A DNA stretch of 64,000 bases. Origin: Podarcis cretensis (taxonomy: Eukaryota). Position numbers and translations under genes: made by a program. Of this stretch, positions 55,901 to 62,264 are shown piece by piece (the stretch's first letter is position 1; each line of letters opens with the position of its first letter). Below the pieces are notes generated by a model. It was given only the letters and a program-made list of their open reading frames with translations, had not been told where the DNA came from and ran no database searches. The stretch spans positions 34,782,001-34,846,000 of the forward strand of contig OX638158.1 of the NCBI GenBank assembly GCA_951804945.1. Reading direction: 5' to 3'.

Positions 55901-58900
55901 TTGTTTCATGGAGTTTCAGGAACACTAATCTACTGAGTTCAGCAGGAATTACTCCTAGGTTAGTGTATACAGGATTGCATCAAGCATTAGGCCTAGAAAA
56001 AATGGCCAGCATGTATTACCCGTGCCTTCCAGCTCTTGCTCATATTACAAGGCTCCCAGCTTTAAAGGCTCAAAGCCAGCAGGTGATTAAAAACCATATA
56101 CCCATGGAGTACAATCCCAGCATGCAAGACCCGTAATGTATAATGGGGACACCCCCTCACAGCTCCTAGCATGGCTCACTTGCGTGACAACAGCCTATTC
56201 AAACACAGGCTCAAAGGTTAGACCTTTCTGGGAAAGAAGGAACTGACTGTGCATGAAGCTTTAAAAGTGGCTTGTCAGGTCAAATGATTTCTGTGCCAAT
56301 TTCTCTCTATCTCTGTCTCTCATACATACACACATATACACACTCTAATTATCGTGAGCAAACAAGGGATTAACTGTGGCAAAGCTTTTGGCTGGAAGGT
56401 ATGACTGGAAAATACTTGTTCCACAAGGAAGAAAACTAAAATATCTATTTTGGAAACAAGAAACTGTTGCTGAAATTTTATGAAAGCTTTCTAAAAGTGA
56501 AGAATGGGAACACCGTTAACAGCTTTCTGCCCCCCTCCTCTCTCATTACTGGAAAATGCAAAGCCACAACTGCAGATAGTGTGGAATGACTATAGATAGC
56601 ACTGTTCATTGAGATCTAGAACCCAGTGCTGGATTTGGGGTCAATCTGCAAGGCCATCCAACAGATAAGTGCCACTGTGACAGAAGAAGGAAGAGGAGGA
56701 AGAGAAGAGAGAGAAAAATAAAGAGAAAGAAACATATGGAAGCCTTTTTATTGTGCATAATGGTTTATGCTTACAATGCTATTGGGGTGATCATCCTATT
56801 TGTGTATGCAAACATTTTGGGACTGTCAAACAGCTTAATTTCCATTCTGTGCATATCCTGTGATATCCCACAGAAATCCTGTAATTTTCCCTAACACAAA
56901 AATTTTGCCGAGGGGGGTTCTCACTTTTGCTGCGCTGTCAGGTACATAGAATTGCTCTAGTACAGAACTGGCCAAAAGAACTTTAGCACATCATTGCCAA
57001 GCCTGATCCAATCTCTCTTCTCCAGCTATTGCTGTACCATTAAGTGTAGTGTAGTGTAGTGTAGTGTAGTGTAGTGTAGTGTAGTGTAGTGTAGTGTAGT
57101 GTAGTGTAGTGTAGAAGGGCTAGCCTATGCTGGTATAATGCCTGTAATCATCCCACGTGGATCACAGGTCATGATACTGCACTGATGCACCACTGATGAG
57201 ATTGGGCTACTGAAGAACTTGTGCTGATTATATCAATGTTAGGTTAAACAGCAGGAAACATAAACAAAACATCCTGCCAGCTCTAATCTAGCACTGAAAA
57301 TTGCACAGAAATCAGCACAGGAAAGGCACAGCATATTCATCTGATGCACTCCATGTTCAAAATGTATACATATCACTAAATGTATATTAACTGTTAGATT
57401 GTGTGCAAACCCTTACTCCCGACATACATTTCCAACAAAACAGCAACACTTTTATACAACACACAATGAAAAGTATTAATACAAAATATTTTGGGGAAAA
57501 GATATACCAAAATGGCGAGTAAGGTTCAGCTCCCTCCATTTCTCGAGTCCTTCATGAAAATATGTTTCAACCTCCTAGCAAAATCAAGAGTGTATATTAG
57601 TTAATATATATTCGTATGGAGCAGTTCAGGCTTGATTAAGGAAGGAATGGTTAAGTAAAAAGCCTTCATGGGGTGGTGCAATATTTATGAAGTATGAAGC
57701 ACAACTGAATTATTCCATTTTTCATTTAAACATTTACACAAGTGTTTGCAAAACTGGAGCTGTTACCTAGAAATAATTATAACAATTATAATTATAACAT
57801 TTGAAAATAACTGAAATTGTGAAAAGCATGTCAATTCTTATAGAGCTGGTAATCACATATTACAATCAGATGGCCATGATCCAACAACAGTGGAGCTGGA
57901 GGGAGGGCTGCACAGACAAGATAACTTTCTATACCTTCTCTGGATTAGAATTTATGTGTGCAAATAACAACTCAATATATATATTCAGCACCCCAAATGG
58001 ACAAACAGACCTGTCTAAGACTACACCACTTGAAGTTGCAAATGGATGATCCTATGTTGGAATGCTGCCCACAAAAGGGAGGATATATTTGAATGTTCAA
58101 CTTACTTGACCTATAATATCTAGCTGTAAGGTAATTCGTATTATTCACCCTGTAAGGTAAATTGGTATTACTGTCCCATTTCAGGTGATGGGATGGGGCA
58201 AGGTGGAGAGACAGCATCTTATCTCAGGCCACCTAGTGATTTGATGGTAGAGGCAAGATTCTAATCAGGACCATCCTGAGTCACAGCTGAGTCTCTCAAT
58301 TTCTATACTAAATGCACAATCTCTCATGCAGAAAGGCAGCATGTCAAGGTTCTTTGTATAAACTTGTGCCTAATTTAAGCACACATTCATATTTATCATT
58401 ACAAACTGCAAACAGTCCAAATAATGTGAACAAAGAAAATGAAGTATGCGTTGAAGTTTTCCCCATATTTTGAATCATTCTTTTCACATCTCCAGAAACA
58501 AAACATGTTTGAAAATAAAAGTAACTCTGACTTACATACACAGGTTAACAGCTATTTATTATTTTCCTACTACACAGGACTCTAGGTAAATTCACATACT
58601 ATTGCTGATCTGTTTCAGCAACTGGGTTGCCTGGCTGCCACCAATACAAAAAATAAGAAGGCTTATGGACAAGACAAGAGCAACATACAATGTATCCAAC
58701 AAAGTCGTCTCATTTGCACAAGGACTGAAATGCACAATTTAACTTTTCCTCCCTCTCCTCTTCCTGTGCCCCTCACCCAAATCTGACTTATGTGCAAGCA
58801 TAAGTCCTTGCATGAACAGAACAACTTCACTGGATACAACCCAACAACCTTGACCTTGCTCCCATGACTCTCAATACACTATGAGTGTGGTTAAATACAA

Positions 58901-60665
58901 AGACAGAACATTTATTGTTGATTTTGAAAGGAAAAATATTTACTATAGCACTGGTAGAGCAACACCCTAATCTCAAAGGGCTGGTCTTGCAGGAAATGTT
59001 GACAAAAACCAAAGGTCATTATTAATATTTTATTATACATTTCATAATTCCTAACTCCCAGTAGACTGGCCACAAAGCTGATCAAAAACCACAAGCATAA
59101 CACAACAGCAAGAGAAAGGAAGCTGATCCCCATATGTGTTGCATTAACTGCAGCCAAACCACCAGAAGTGGGAGGGAGGGTCTGCATGCAATATACTGTT
59201 TCAGACGTTGCTGTTTCAGACAGATGTGGCATGATGGTATACAATATTTTTTTCTGTAATAGTTCCCCATCTGTACAATGAAAATAATTGTTATTCCCTA
59301 TAAGGGCTTTCTAGAGTAATCATAGAGCTTTTATCAGGGCCTAACAAACTTATATAGTGGAAATATGTAAGCCAGAACTCAGCTGTGGCAGTCCCTGCAT
59401 TGATTGCTACAGGTTCAGATACAACCAGTGACAGTAATTGTAAACACAACACATCAGGCATCTATTTTATTAATGGCCGCCTGTTTCAGTTCCAAGTATG
59501 CTGCTCCCAGCAGAAAGCTCTATCTTTTTTTAAAGGGTCACAACTTTATTGAATTCAAAGGATCTGTAGTAAATTAGCACTGTAGCTAATAAATTAGCCA
59601 CCCCAGTGCAGGTAACTAGATCAAAGGGATGCGAGGATGTACAATGTCTACCACCGTCTTCATCCCATGTCAGGTGACCCTACCATGGCTCAGAACTAGG
59701 CAGCATCCTGTAACTGAGCTCCCAGCACCTCAACACCCACATCCAACACTGAATAAGATGACACCTAGACAGATGAAAAACAACTACATTAATCTTACCT
59801 CAGCATAGCTCCCTGTTCTGTCAATGCGATGAATAATGTCAATATTTACATTGCTTAAGCGTTCCGAGAAGGTGAGAAACTGTAAAAAAAGTAATAAATA
59901 AACAGGAGTTTCTTGTGGGTTTTTTTTCCAGTTATCTTTGAGGCATCAGGCTTATTAGAAGTTGCCAAAGAGTAAGATTTTATATGGCTGTCCCTTCTAA
60001 TGATATTTCATACATAGTCAAATGGTACAGCCCATAGAATTGAATGAAATCAGACTCAAATGGGACAGACAACTTATTTGAAATCAGAAAATGTTGTCTA
60101 ATCTTCTGTACTGTTGCAGGATCTTCCATATTCATAGTTAAGAATTATCTGCAATTTACAGTGTGCTAGAAGCACAAGAGACACACCACAAATAAGTTGA
60201 AAAACTTGCAGCACTTCACAACACTACACAGTAGGACAAGGTAAGGTTTCAGAGCCAAGCAGAATACTTTAAGAACACTGATAGTTTTCCTGCTGTTTTG
60301 TTAGCAGATGAGTGGCAAATGCTACACACAGTTACTATTTTGGACTGCCCAGGGCATAAGCAAGGTTTTTTGTGTGGTGTCGTTTGTTTGCTTGCAGTAA
60401 CTACAGATTTCCAAAATTTGTACAGGAAAAAAAAGTTGCGCTGCTCTCCAACTTCTTTTGCTTCTGTACCACTCTACTCCAATGGCTTTTTAGAGTGATA
60501 TGTAACTGGATATCAAATATACTATTTCGCCAGTTCGGCGAACCGAAGCCCTAAGCCGAGCTCTTAAAAAGGTCCGGGTTTCTGATCCACCCGACCCGAC
60601 CCCGCCGTCCCTTATCTTACCCTGTGCGTGTTCTCGGACTTGTGAGAGGACGATTTGGTCTTCAT
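2209..60665 (-). CDS. UTP20: UTP20 small subunit processome component 20 homolog, complete 62-exon gene (spliced CDS 8415 nt, 2804 aa)
   Basis: All 62 exons located with GT-AG boundaries and consistent phase; N-terminus [20 protein letters not shown]-terminus KDLAMVE; matches recalled vertebrate UTP20; tail-to-tail with ARL1 as in mammals. Confidence 0.97.
2510..2655 (-). CDS. UTP20: UTP20 exon 61
   Basis: [19 protein letters not shown]...RALE. Confidence 0.95.
3088..3379. mobile_element. hAT (Charlie-like) MITE
   Basis: TIR CAGGGGTGGGGAAC...GTTTCCCACCCCTG; 8-bp TSD ccctaaag/atctaaag. Confidence 0.75.
3551..3677 (-). CDS. UTP20: UTP20 exon 60
   Basis: [16 protein letters not shown]...TYADQ. 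Confidence 0.95.
4058..4318 (-). CDS. UTP20: UTP20 exon 59
   Basis: [13 protein letters not shown]...[11 protein letters not shown]. Confidence 0.95.
5521..5592 (-). CDS. UTP20: UTP20 exon 58
   Basis: [24 protein letters not shown]. Confidence 0.95.
5835..6031 (-). CDS. UTP20: UTP20 exon 57
   Basis: [14 protein letters not shown]...EELDKK. Confidence 0.93.
6085..6645 (-). mobile_element. L2 LINE 3' fragment (old)
   Basis: ORF 6335-6664 [33 protein letters not shown]...LWLPV resembles the L2 ORF2 C-terminus; APHLWNALP motif; microsatellite tail. Confidence 0.85.
6761..6893 (-). CDS. UTP20: UTP20 exon 56
   Basis: [21 protein letters not shown]...SNIW. Confidence 0.95.
7067..7226. mobile_element. 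Palindromic MITE remnant
   Basis: tggtattcaa...ttgaatacca termini; inner inverted arms agacccactgaaattaat / attaattccaatgggtct. Confidence 0.55.
7566..7697 (-). CDS. UTP20: UTP20 exon 55
   Basis: [19 protein letters not shown]...DFKD. Confidence 0.95.
8010..8192 (-). CDS. UTP20: UTP20 exon 54
   Basis: [15 protein letters not shown]...WFKSDK. Confidence 0.95.
9181..9250 (-). CDS. UTP20: UTP20 exon 53
   Basis: [23 protein letters not shown]. Confidence 0.95.
9950..10029 (-). CDS. UTP20: UTP20 exon 52
   Basis: [26 protein letters not shown]. Confidence 0.95.
10215..10325 (-). CDS. UTP20: UTP20 exon 51
   Basis: [19 protein letters not shown]...IQCRQ. Confidence 0.95.
10564..10692 (-). CDS. 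UTP20: UTP20 exon 50
   Basis: [31 protein letters not shown]...GLLK. Confidence 0.95.
11537..11707 (-). CDS. UTP20: UTP20 exon 49
   Basis: [18 protein letters not shown]...VVNCFK. Confidence 0.95.
11995..12071. repeat. Near-perfect inverted repeat (35-bp arms, 7-nt spacer)
   Basis: tttctgcagcgcaggtgtaatagggaactctggtt / aaccagagttccccattacacctgcactgcagaaa, 33/35 complementary. Confidence 0.95.
12279..12395 (-). CDS. UTP20: UTP20 exon 48
   Basis: [11 protein letters not shown]...LHSTDVK. Confidence 0.95.
12482..12577 (-). mobile_element. L2 3' tail fragment with (AAT)n
   Basis: Reverse complement of the terminal about 60 bp of the L2 at 13797-14197. Confidence 0.75.
13428..13569 (-). CDS. 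UTP20: UTP20 exon 47
   Basis: [30 protein letters not shown]...ESGLR. Confidence 0.95.
13797..14197 (+). mobile_element. L2 LINE 3' end (younger), 5'-truncated
   Basis: Encodes GPVYLKERL...[15 protein letters not shown]; terminal gccgcccagagtggctgggg...gggcggggtataaat plus (TAAA)n tail. Confidence 0.9.
14379..14545 (-). CDS. UTP20: UTP20 exon 46
   Basis: [21 protein letters not shown]...LLTEKA. Confidence 0.95.
14822..14989 (-). CDS. UTP20: UTP20 exon 45
   Basis: [16 protein letters not shown]...LILPLKE. Confidence 0.95.
15107..15295 (+). mobile_element. tRNA(Ala)-derived SINE (Squam2-like), diverged
   Basis: Head gggatgagctcag...gcatctgctttgca...caggtccaacccc; body gagctgctgcaagtcagtgcagacaat; related remnants near 9570-9690, 25530-25610, 53560-53640. 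Confidence 0.65.
15517..15618 (-). CDS. UTP20: UTP20 exon 44
   Basis: [13 protein letters not shown]...[15 protein letters not shown]. Confidence 0.95.
16002..16158 (-). CDS. UTP20: UTP20 exon 43
   Basis: [21 protein letters not shown]...VHGYQ. Confidence 0.95.
16349..16488 (-). CDS. UTP20: UTP20 exon 42
   Basis: [33 protein letters not shown]... Confidence 0.95.
16524..16881 (-). mobile_element. Sauria SINE, full length, young
   Basis: GGGACGTGGGTGGCGCTGTGG head with A/B boxes, (ACCTTT)n tail, perfect 14-bp TSD catctccaaagtta at 16510-16523 and 16882-16895. Confidence 0.95.
17313..17626 (-). CDS. UTP20: UTP20 exon 41
   Basis: [11 protein letters not shown]...[12 protein letters not shown]; tandem TAGCAG acceptor makes the 5' edge 17626 or 17623. 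Confidence 0.9.
18047..18250 (-). mobile_element. CR1 LINE 3' UTR fragment
   Basis: gaagaacagcccgctgaatcaggccagtggcccatctggtccagc...gtggccgaccagatgcc, typical sauropsid CR1 end. Confidence 0.7.
18421..18500 (-). CDS. UTP20: UTP20 exon 40
   Basis: [26 protein letters not shown]. Confidence 0.95.
19079..19218 (-). CDS. UTP20: UTP20 exon 39
   Basis: [24 protein letters not shown]...QKLGV. Confidence 0.95.
19493..19890 (+). mobile_element. CORE-SINE (Squam3/MIR-like) interrupted by a hAT MITE at about 19519-19651
   Basis: tRNA head tgtggtgtagt..ggttagag, then MITE hairpin, then B box, CORE (tcagcctaagctacttcacagggttgctgt) and (TAAA)n tail. Confidence 0.7.
20201..20338 (-). CDS. UTP20: UTP20 exon 38
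   Basis: [15 protein letters not shown]...DEKMLK. Confidence 0.95.
20820..20960 (-). CDS. UTP20: UTP20 exon 37
   Basis: [11 protein letters not shown]...[14 protein letters not shown]. Confidence 0.95.
21461..21686. mobile_element. Tc1/mariner (pogo/Tigger-like) MITE, subfamily A
   Basis: TA-CAGTGGTACCTCAGGTTA...TAACCTGAGGTACCACTG-TA; near-identical to 51890 and 54367 copies. Confidence 0.92.
22161..22316 (-). CDS. UTP20: UTP20 exon 36
   Basis: [14 protein letters not shown]...KGLKNKTE. Confidence 0.95.
23181..23333 (-). CDS. UTP20: UTP20 exon 35
   Basis: [18 protein letters not shown]...HNCFYTIQ. Confidence 0.95.
23424..23474 (-). CDS. UTP20: UTP20 exon 34
   Basis: [17 protein letters not shown]. 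Confidence 0.93.
24062..24205 (-). CDS. UTP20: UTP20 exon 33
   Basis: [17 protein letters not shown]...CMVFE. Confidence 0.95.
24750..24887. mobile_element. Palindromic hAT MITE
   Basis: ctccagatgttg..actacaattcccatcatccc...gggctgatgggagttg hairpin; same family as 19519, 35495, 41450, 48236. Confidence 0.8.
25154..25241 (-). CDS. UTP20: UTP20 exon 32
   Basis: [29 protein letters not shown]. Confidence 0.95.
25946..26193. mobile_element. pogo/Tigger-like MITE, subfamily B
   Basis: TA-cattcgtacctccg (decayed TIR)...cggaggtaccactg-TA; homologous to 44939-45172. Confidence 0.85.
26301..26445 (-). CDS. UTP20: UTP20 exon 31
   Basis: [23 protein letters not shown]...KELNILS. Confidence 0.95.
27146..27500. 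mobile_element. pogo/Tigger-like MITE, subfamily C
   Basis: TA-CAGTGGTGCCCCGCAAGACGAA...TTCGTCTTGCGAGGCACCACTG-TA; CpG-rich; internal CGCAAGACG repeats. Confidence 0.92.
28764..28990 (-). CDS. UTP20: UTP20 exon 30
   Basis: [18 protein letters not shown]...DETTE. Confidence 0.95.
29691..29770 (-). CDS. UTP20: UTP20 exon 29
   Basis: [26 protein letters not shown]. Confidence 0.95.
30695..30762 (-). mobile_element. L2 3' tail fragment with (AATAAC)n
   Basis: atttataccctgcccacctggctgggttttcccagccactct is the reverse complement of the L2 terminus. Confidence 0.75.
30931..31074 (-). CDS. UTP20: UTP20 exon 28
   Basis: [16 protein letters not shown]...HAVVWPQ. Confidence 0.95.
32935..33143 (-). 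CDS. UTP20: UTP20 exon 27
   Basis: [25 protein letters not shown]...QEREK. Confidence 0.95.
33652..33950 (-). mobile_element. Sauria SINE, older subfamily, 5'-truncated
   Basis: aaggtaaaggacccctggacagttaagtccagtc...ggaaacgccgtttacctt...; ends inside the tRNA head. Confidence 0.88.
34338..34504 (-). CDS. UTP20: UTP20 exon 26
   Basis: [18 protein letters not shown]...VKHFGN. Confidence 0.95.
34740..34877 (-). mobile_element. CORE-SINE (Squam3/MIR-like) remnant
   Basis: caaccctgttaggt...gactggcccaaggctacccaatgaacttcatg...tttgaatccag. Confidence 0.65.
35171..35296 (-). CDS. UTP20: UTP20 exon 25
   Basis: [23 protein letters not shown]...PVLM. Confidence 0.95.
35495..35570. mobile_element. 76-bp hAT (Charlie-like) MITE
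   Basis: Perfect 26-bp TIR CAGTGTTTCCCAACCTTGGGCCTCCA; perfect 8-bp TSD atctagcg. Confidence 0.95.
35797..35882 (-). CDS. UTP20: UTP20 exon 24
   Basis: [28 protein letters not shown]. Confidence 0.95.
36596..36686 (-). CDS. UTP20: UTP20 exon 23
   Basis: [30 protein letters not shown]. Confidence 0.95.
37873..37918. repeat. (CA)n microsatellite
   Basis: Direct observation. Confidence 0.95.
37956..38098 (-). mobile_element. tRNA(Ile)-derived SINE with CR1-type 3' tail
   Basis: GTTGGTTAGAGCATGGTGCTGATAACACCAAGGTTGCAGGTTTGATCCCCGTATGGG head, then ggttggactagatgatcc...ccttccaac...ATTCTATG. Confidence 0.85.
38514..38732 (-). CDS. UTP20: UTP20 exon 22
   Basis: [19 protein letters not shown]...acidic...KKKTRRAAS. 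Confidence 0.95.
38777..39058. mobile_element. hAT (Charlie-like) MITE, GC/CpG-rich
   Basis: TIR CAGGGGTCAGCAA...TTGCCACCCCCTG; TSD ggctggaa/ggctagaa; subterminal ggccc repeats. Confidence 0.9.
39813..40056 (-). CDS. UTP20: UTP20 exon 21
   Basis: RELHNELEE...[21 protein letters not shown]. Confidence 0.95.
40910..40989 (-). CDS. UTP20: UTP20 exon 20
   Basis: [26 protein letters not shown]. Confidence 0.95.
41450..41573. mobile_element. Palindromic hAT MITE, diverged
   Basis: ggcccttcagatgtt...cccagccagcat..ggtcagggatgatg...atctggaaggcc. Confidence 0.7.
42010..42086 (-). CDS. UTP20: UTP20 exon 19
   Basis: [25 protein letters not shown]. Confidence 0.95.
43379..43537 (-). CDS. UTP20: UTP20 exon 18
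   Basis: [21 protein letters not shown]...RPLQE. Confidence 0.93.
43651..43842. mobile_element. Tc2-like (TcMar) MITE
   Basis: TA-CCGTATT...AATATGG-TA termini; gcattagatttga repeated internally. Confidence 0.75.
44227..44289 (-). CDS. UTP20: UTP20 exon 17
   Basis: [21 protein letters not shown]. Confidence 0.95.
44742..44892 (-). CDS. UTP20: UTP20 exon 16
   Basis: [15 protein letters not shown]...[10 protein letters not shown]. Confidence 0.95.
44939..45172. mobile_element. pogo/Tigger-like MITE, subfamily B
   Basis: TA-CAGTGGTACCCCTAGTTGCG...CGCAACCAGAGGTACCACTG-TA. Confidence 0.9.
45407..45512 (-). CDS. UTP20: UTP20 exon 15
   Basis: [15 protein letters not shown]...PVERIKTLL. Confidence 0.95.
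45767..45855 (-). CDS. UTP20: UTP20 exon 14
   Basis: [29 protein letters not shown]. Confidence 0.93.
48029..48184 (-). CDS. UTP20: UTP20 exon 13
   Basis: LNRRQLRSK...[12 protein letters not shown]. Confidence 0.92.
48236..48358. mobile_element. Palindromic hAT MITE, partly deleted
   Basis: cagggata...ccagatgttgctggaccacaactcctatcatccctgaccact...catccttg. Confidence 0.7.
48484..48662 (-). CDS. UTP20: UTP20 exon 12
   Basis: [13 protein letters not shown]...[12 protein letters not shown]. Confidence 0.95.
48766..48843 (-). CDS. UTP20: UTP20 exon 11
   Basis: [26 protein letters not shown]. Confidence 0.92.
49610..49744 (-). CDS. UTP20: UTP20 exon 10
   Basis: [20 protein letters not shown]...KEIVEK. 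Confidence 0.93.
50215..50459 (-). mobile_element. Squam3-type CORE-SINE, full length, young
   Basis: GGGAGCCAGTGTGGTGTAGTGGTTAAGAGC head with A/B boxes, CORE domain, L2-like tail ending aatccaaact(ctt)n. Confidence 0.9.
50795..50941 (-). CDS. UTP20: UTP20 exon 9
   Basis: [24 protein letters not shown]...EEVCK. Confidence 0.95.
51304..51344. repeat. 14-bp tandem repeat x3
   Basis: ctcaccacatgaca repeated. Confidence 0.9.
51430..51585 (-). CDS. UTP20: UTP20 exon 8
   Basis: [16 protein letters not shown]...FFRCLQ. Confidence 0.95.
51765..51838. mobile_element. 74-bp mariner-like hairpin MITE
   Basis: TA-CAGGGTG start; 25-bp arms (22/25) agtcctttaaaagaggctccgtgga / tccacagggcctcttttaaaagact; ends CTG-TA. 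Confidence 0.7.
51890..52104. mobile_element. pogo/Tigger-like MITE, subfamily A
   Basis: Homologous to 21461-21686; inserted at TA in a (TACA)n run. Confidence 0.9.
52122..52335 (-). mobile_element. CORE-SINE (older Squam3/MIR-like)
   Basis: tataccgccttttcctccaagg...cacaacaacc..tgaggtagg..agctgagagacagtga...cccaaggtcgcccagtgagcttcatggctgag...taaccattacaccac. Confidence 0.8.
52614..52751 (-). CDS. UTP20: UTP20 exon 7
   Basis: [31 protein letters not shown]...HSCAET. Confidence 0.95.
54164..54245 (-). CDS. UTP20: UTP20 exon 6
   Basis: [27 protein letters not shown]. Confidence 0.95.
54367..54592. mobile_element. pogo/Tigger-like MITE, subfamily A
   Basis: TA-CAGTGGTACCTCGGGT...ACCCGAGGTACCACTG-TA, 226 bp. 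Confidence 0.92.
54938..54977. repeat. (TTG)n/(ATG)n compound microsatellite
   Basis: Direct observation, 14 nt from the exon 5 donor. Confidence 0.9.
54992..55180 (-). CDS. UTP20: UTP20 exon 5
   Basis: [17 protein letters not shown]...KDMSNIY. Confidence 0.95.
55437..55616. mobile_element. GC-rich hAT (Tip100-like) MITE
   Basis: TIR CAGTGGCAGAG...CTCCGCCAGTG; perfect 8-bp TSD ctaggact. Confidence 0.9.
55739..55871 (-). CDS. UTP20: UTP20 exon 4
   Basis: [20 protein letters not shown]...AFQPLL. Confidence 0.95.
57043..57114. repeat. (GTAGT)n pentanucleotide microsatellite, about 14 units
   Basis: Direct observation. Confidence 0.95.
57508..57574 (-). CDS. UTP20: UTP20 exon 3
   Basis: [22 protein letters not shown]. 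Confidence 0.95.
59799..59879 (-). CDS. UTP20: UTP20 exon 2
   Basis: [27 protein letters not shown]. Confidence 0.95.
60621..60665 (-). CDS. UTP20: UTP20 exon 1 (start)
   Basis: GGCATG start; [15 protein letters not shown]|gtaaga. Confidence 0.95.
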
Positions 60666-60769
60666 GCCTCCGTGAATTAGCAACAAACTACCTTTTGAAT
60701 GATGGAGATTGAATACTTTAAAAGTAGCTACTTTAAGTCCGCTCGATTTTCCAAAAAAAGAGACACATA

Positions 60770-60910
60770 TACACACGTGCAGCACTATTAGCTGGGGGCT
60801 GCCATCTTGGCTAAAGGATTCTGGGATGAGGCTGTCACGTGAGGTGCGGGGGTGGGAAGGAAAGAGTGAAAGCTGATTGGTCTGTGGAAACTAGAAGGGG
60901 CGGAGGAATA
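60770..60910 (-). promoter_or_regulatory. UTP20 promoter / leader region
   Basis: CACGTG 60774-60779, YY1-type CAAGATGGC 60801-60809, GTCACGTGA 60834-60842, NF-Y GACCAATCAG around 60876-60880, GC box GGGGCGGAG 60897-60905; local CpG enrichment about 60525-61045. Confidence 0.8.
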
Positions 60911-61563
60911 CGACACCCGGGGAGGTGGAGTTTGCAGCTGCAAAATAGTTTGCTTCAGAACCAGAGAAAGCAAGAGTCCTACACATAAAAAGTGGGAACG
61001 AAAAAGCTGTTTGCGACTGTACAGTATATACTTCCCTAATTAGCTATCAGTCGTACTCTCGCGTATTTTGTATTTCTTGTACTTCCTCTAATGCCTTTCA
61101 CCCATCTTTAGGAGCGGGGGTTGTGTATTATTTGCTTATATGAGTACAGTATTTGGTTGTGTTGGAAAACCTGCATCTGATTGTTATAGGAGAATCATTT
61201 TCTTGCTCTTCTACTATCCCGTCTGTTTCTTTTAAAGAACGGGAAAGAAAAATATTGAATGACTGTAAAGAACTGGAGGCTGCCTGCGCTTTCTCACTGA
61301 GCTACCACATAATTGCTGGCAGAATAACATTTGTATGGGGAGGGAAAAACGTGCGTGCAAAATGAATTTTACTCTAGTTCTGGAGACGATAGCACACACT
61401 GCAAAGAAATATTTATTGCATTGTTTGTTCGTTGAATAAAAATATTCTGGAAGTCATGAGTCTTGCCTAACTGACATATCAAAATCTTCACGTGTCTAGT
61501 GCAGTTACAGAAGTAAACCCCTGTGGAATCTACTTTTAGCCTTTTCCATATAGAGTTTAAAGT

Positions 61564-61762
61564 CAGCCAACCCACTCATGAGGCAAGGTGAAGTGACCAT
61601 CTCAAGCAGCAGGATCCACAATGGCAGCAGATCCCATGGTGATCTTTATTTCCCTCCTTGTTCCTGATGTAGAACTTCACTCACCCCTTCTTCCCTGGTA
61701 GAGAAAGACAGGATGCTGTTTTGTGGTTGCCTCAAGTGCAGAAATTTCTTGAGCAGGCCCTG
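61564..61762. mobile_element. hAT MITE, diverged
   Basis: CAG...GGCCCTG termini; TSD tttaaagt/cttaaagt. Confidence 0.6.
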
Positions 61763-61975
61763 CTTAAAGTGCTATAAAAGTAAAACCATGCAAAAATAGT
61801 TTAACCAGAGACCATGCTGAGATAACAAAGATTAATATGTCCACAGACTATGGTTATAGGGTAATACCACCTCCAGTTCTAAGCAGTCATCTGAACAGGG
61901 CTGCAGGAGCACAGTTAGTGCTGACTTTACAAGGTCAATTGTTTGGGCACCATTCACTTCAAAATTGTTCCTGAA

Positions 61976-62063
61976 GGCTGCAATCCTAACCCCACTTACC
62001 AGGGAGAAAGCACCATTGAATCCAATAGGACTTACTTCTGAGTAGGCATGGTTAGGCTTGCAT
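61976..62063. mobile_element. About 90-bp palindromic MITE
   Basis: tgcaatcctaacc...ccattgaatccaatagg...ggttaggcttgca; related remnants near 10819-10890 and 33435-33500. Confidence 0.7.
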
Positions 62064-62083
62064 TTATTCTAATATGTTTATCC

Positions 62084-62264
62084 TAGAATTGTAGAGTTGG
62101 AAGGTATGTCAAGTGTCATCTAGTTCAAACCCCTGCTTTGCAGGAATCTCAACTAAAGCATCCTTGACAGATGGTCAGCCAATCTCTGTTTAGAAACCTC
62201 AGATAAGCAGAGTCCACAATCTCCCAAGGGAGTCTGTTCCACTGTCAAACTACTCTTACTGTTA
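62084..62264 (-). mobile_element. CR1 LINE 3' end
   Basis: tagaattgtagagttggaagg...tcatctagttcaaacccc...gggagtctgttccactgtc; short sister fragment at about 13655-13720. Confidence 0.8.

Noticed and set aside
57500-57510. U12-type introns (GTATAT at exon 3, GTATCG at exon 50)
   Set aside because: Neither matches GTATCCTT and no TCCTTAAC branch site was seen; all 61 introns read as U2 GT-AG
61037-61046. TCTCGCGAGA (BANP) promoter motif
   Set aside because: Only a partial match (TCTCGCGTAT)
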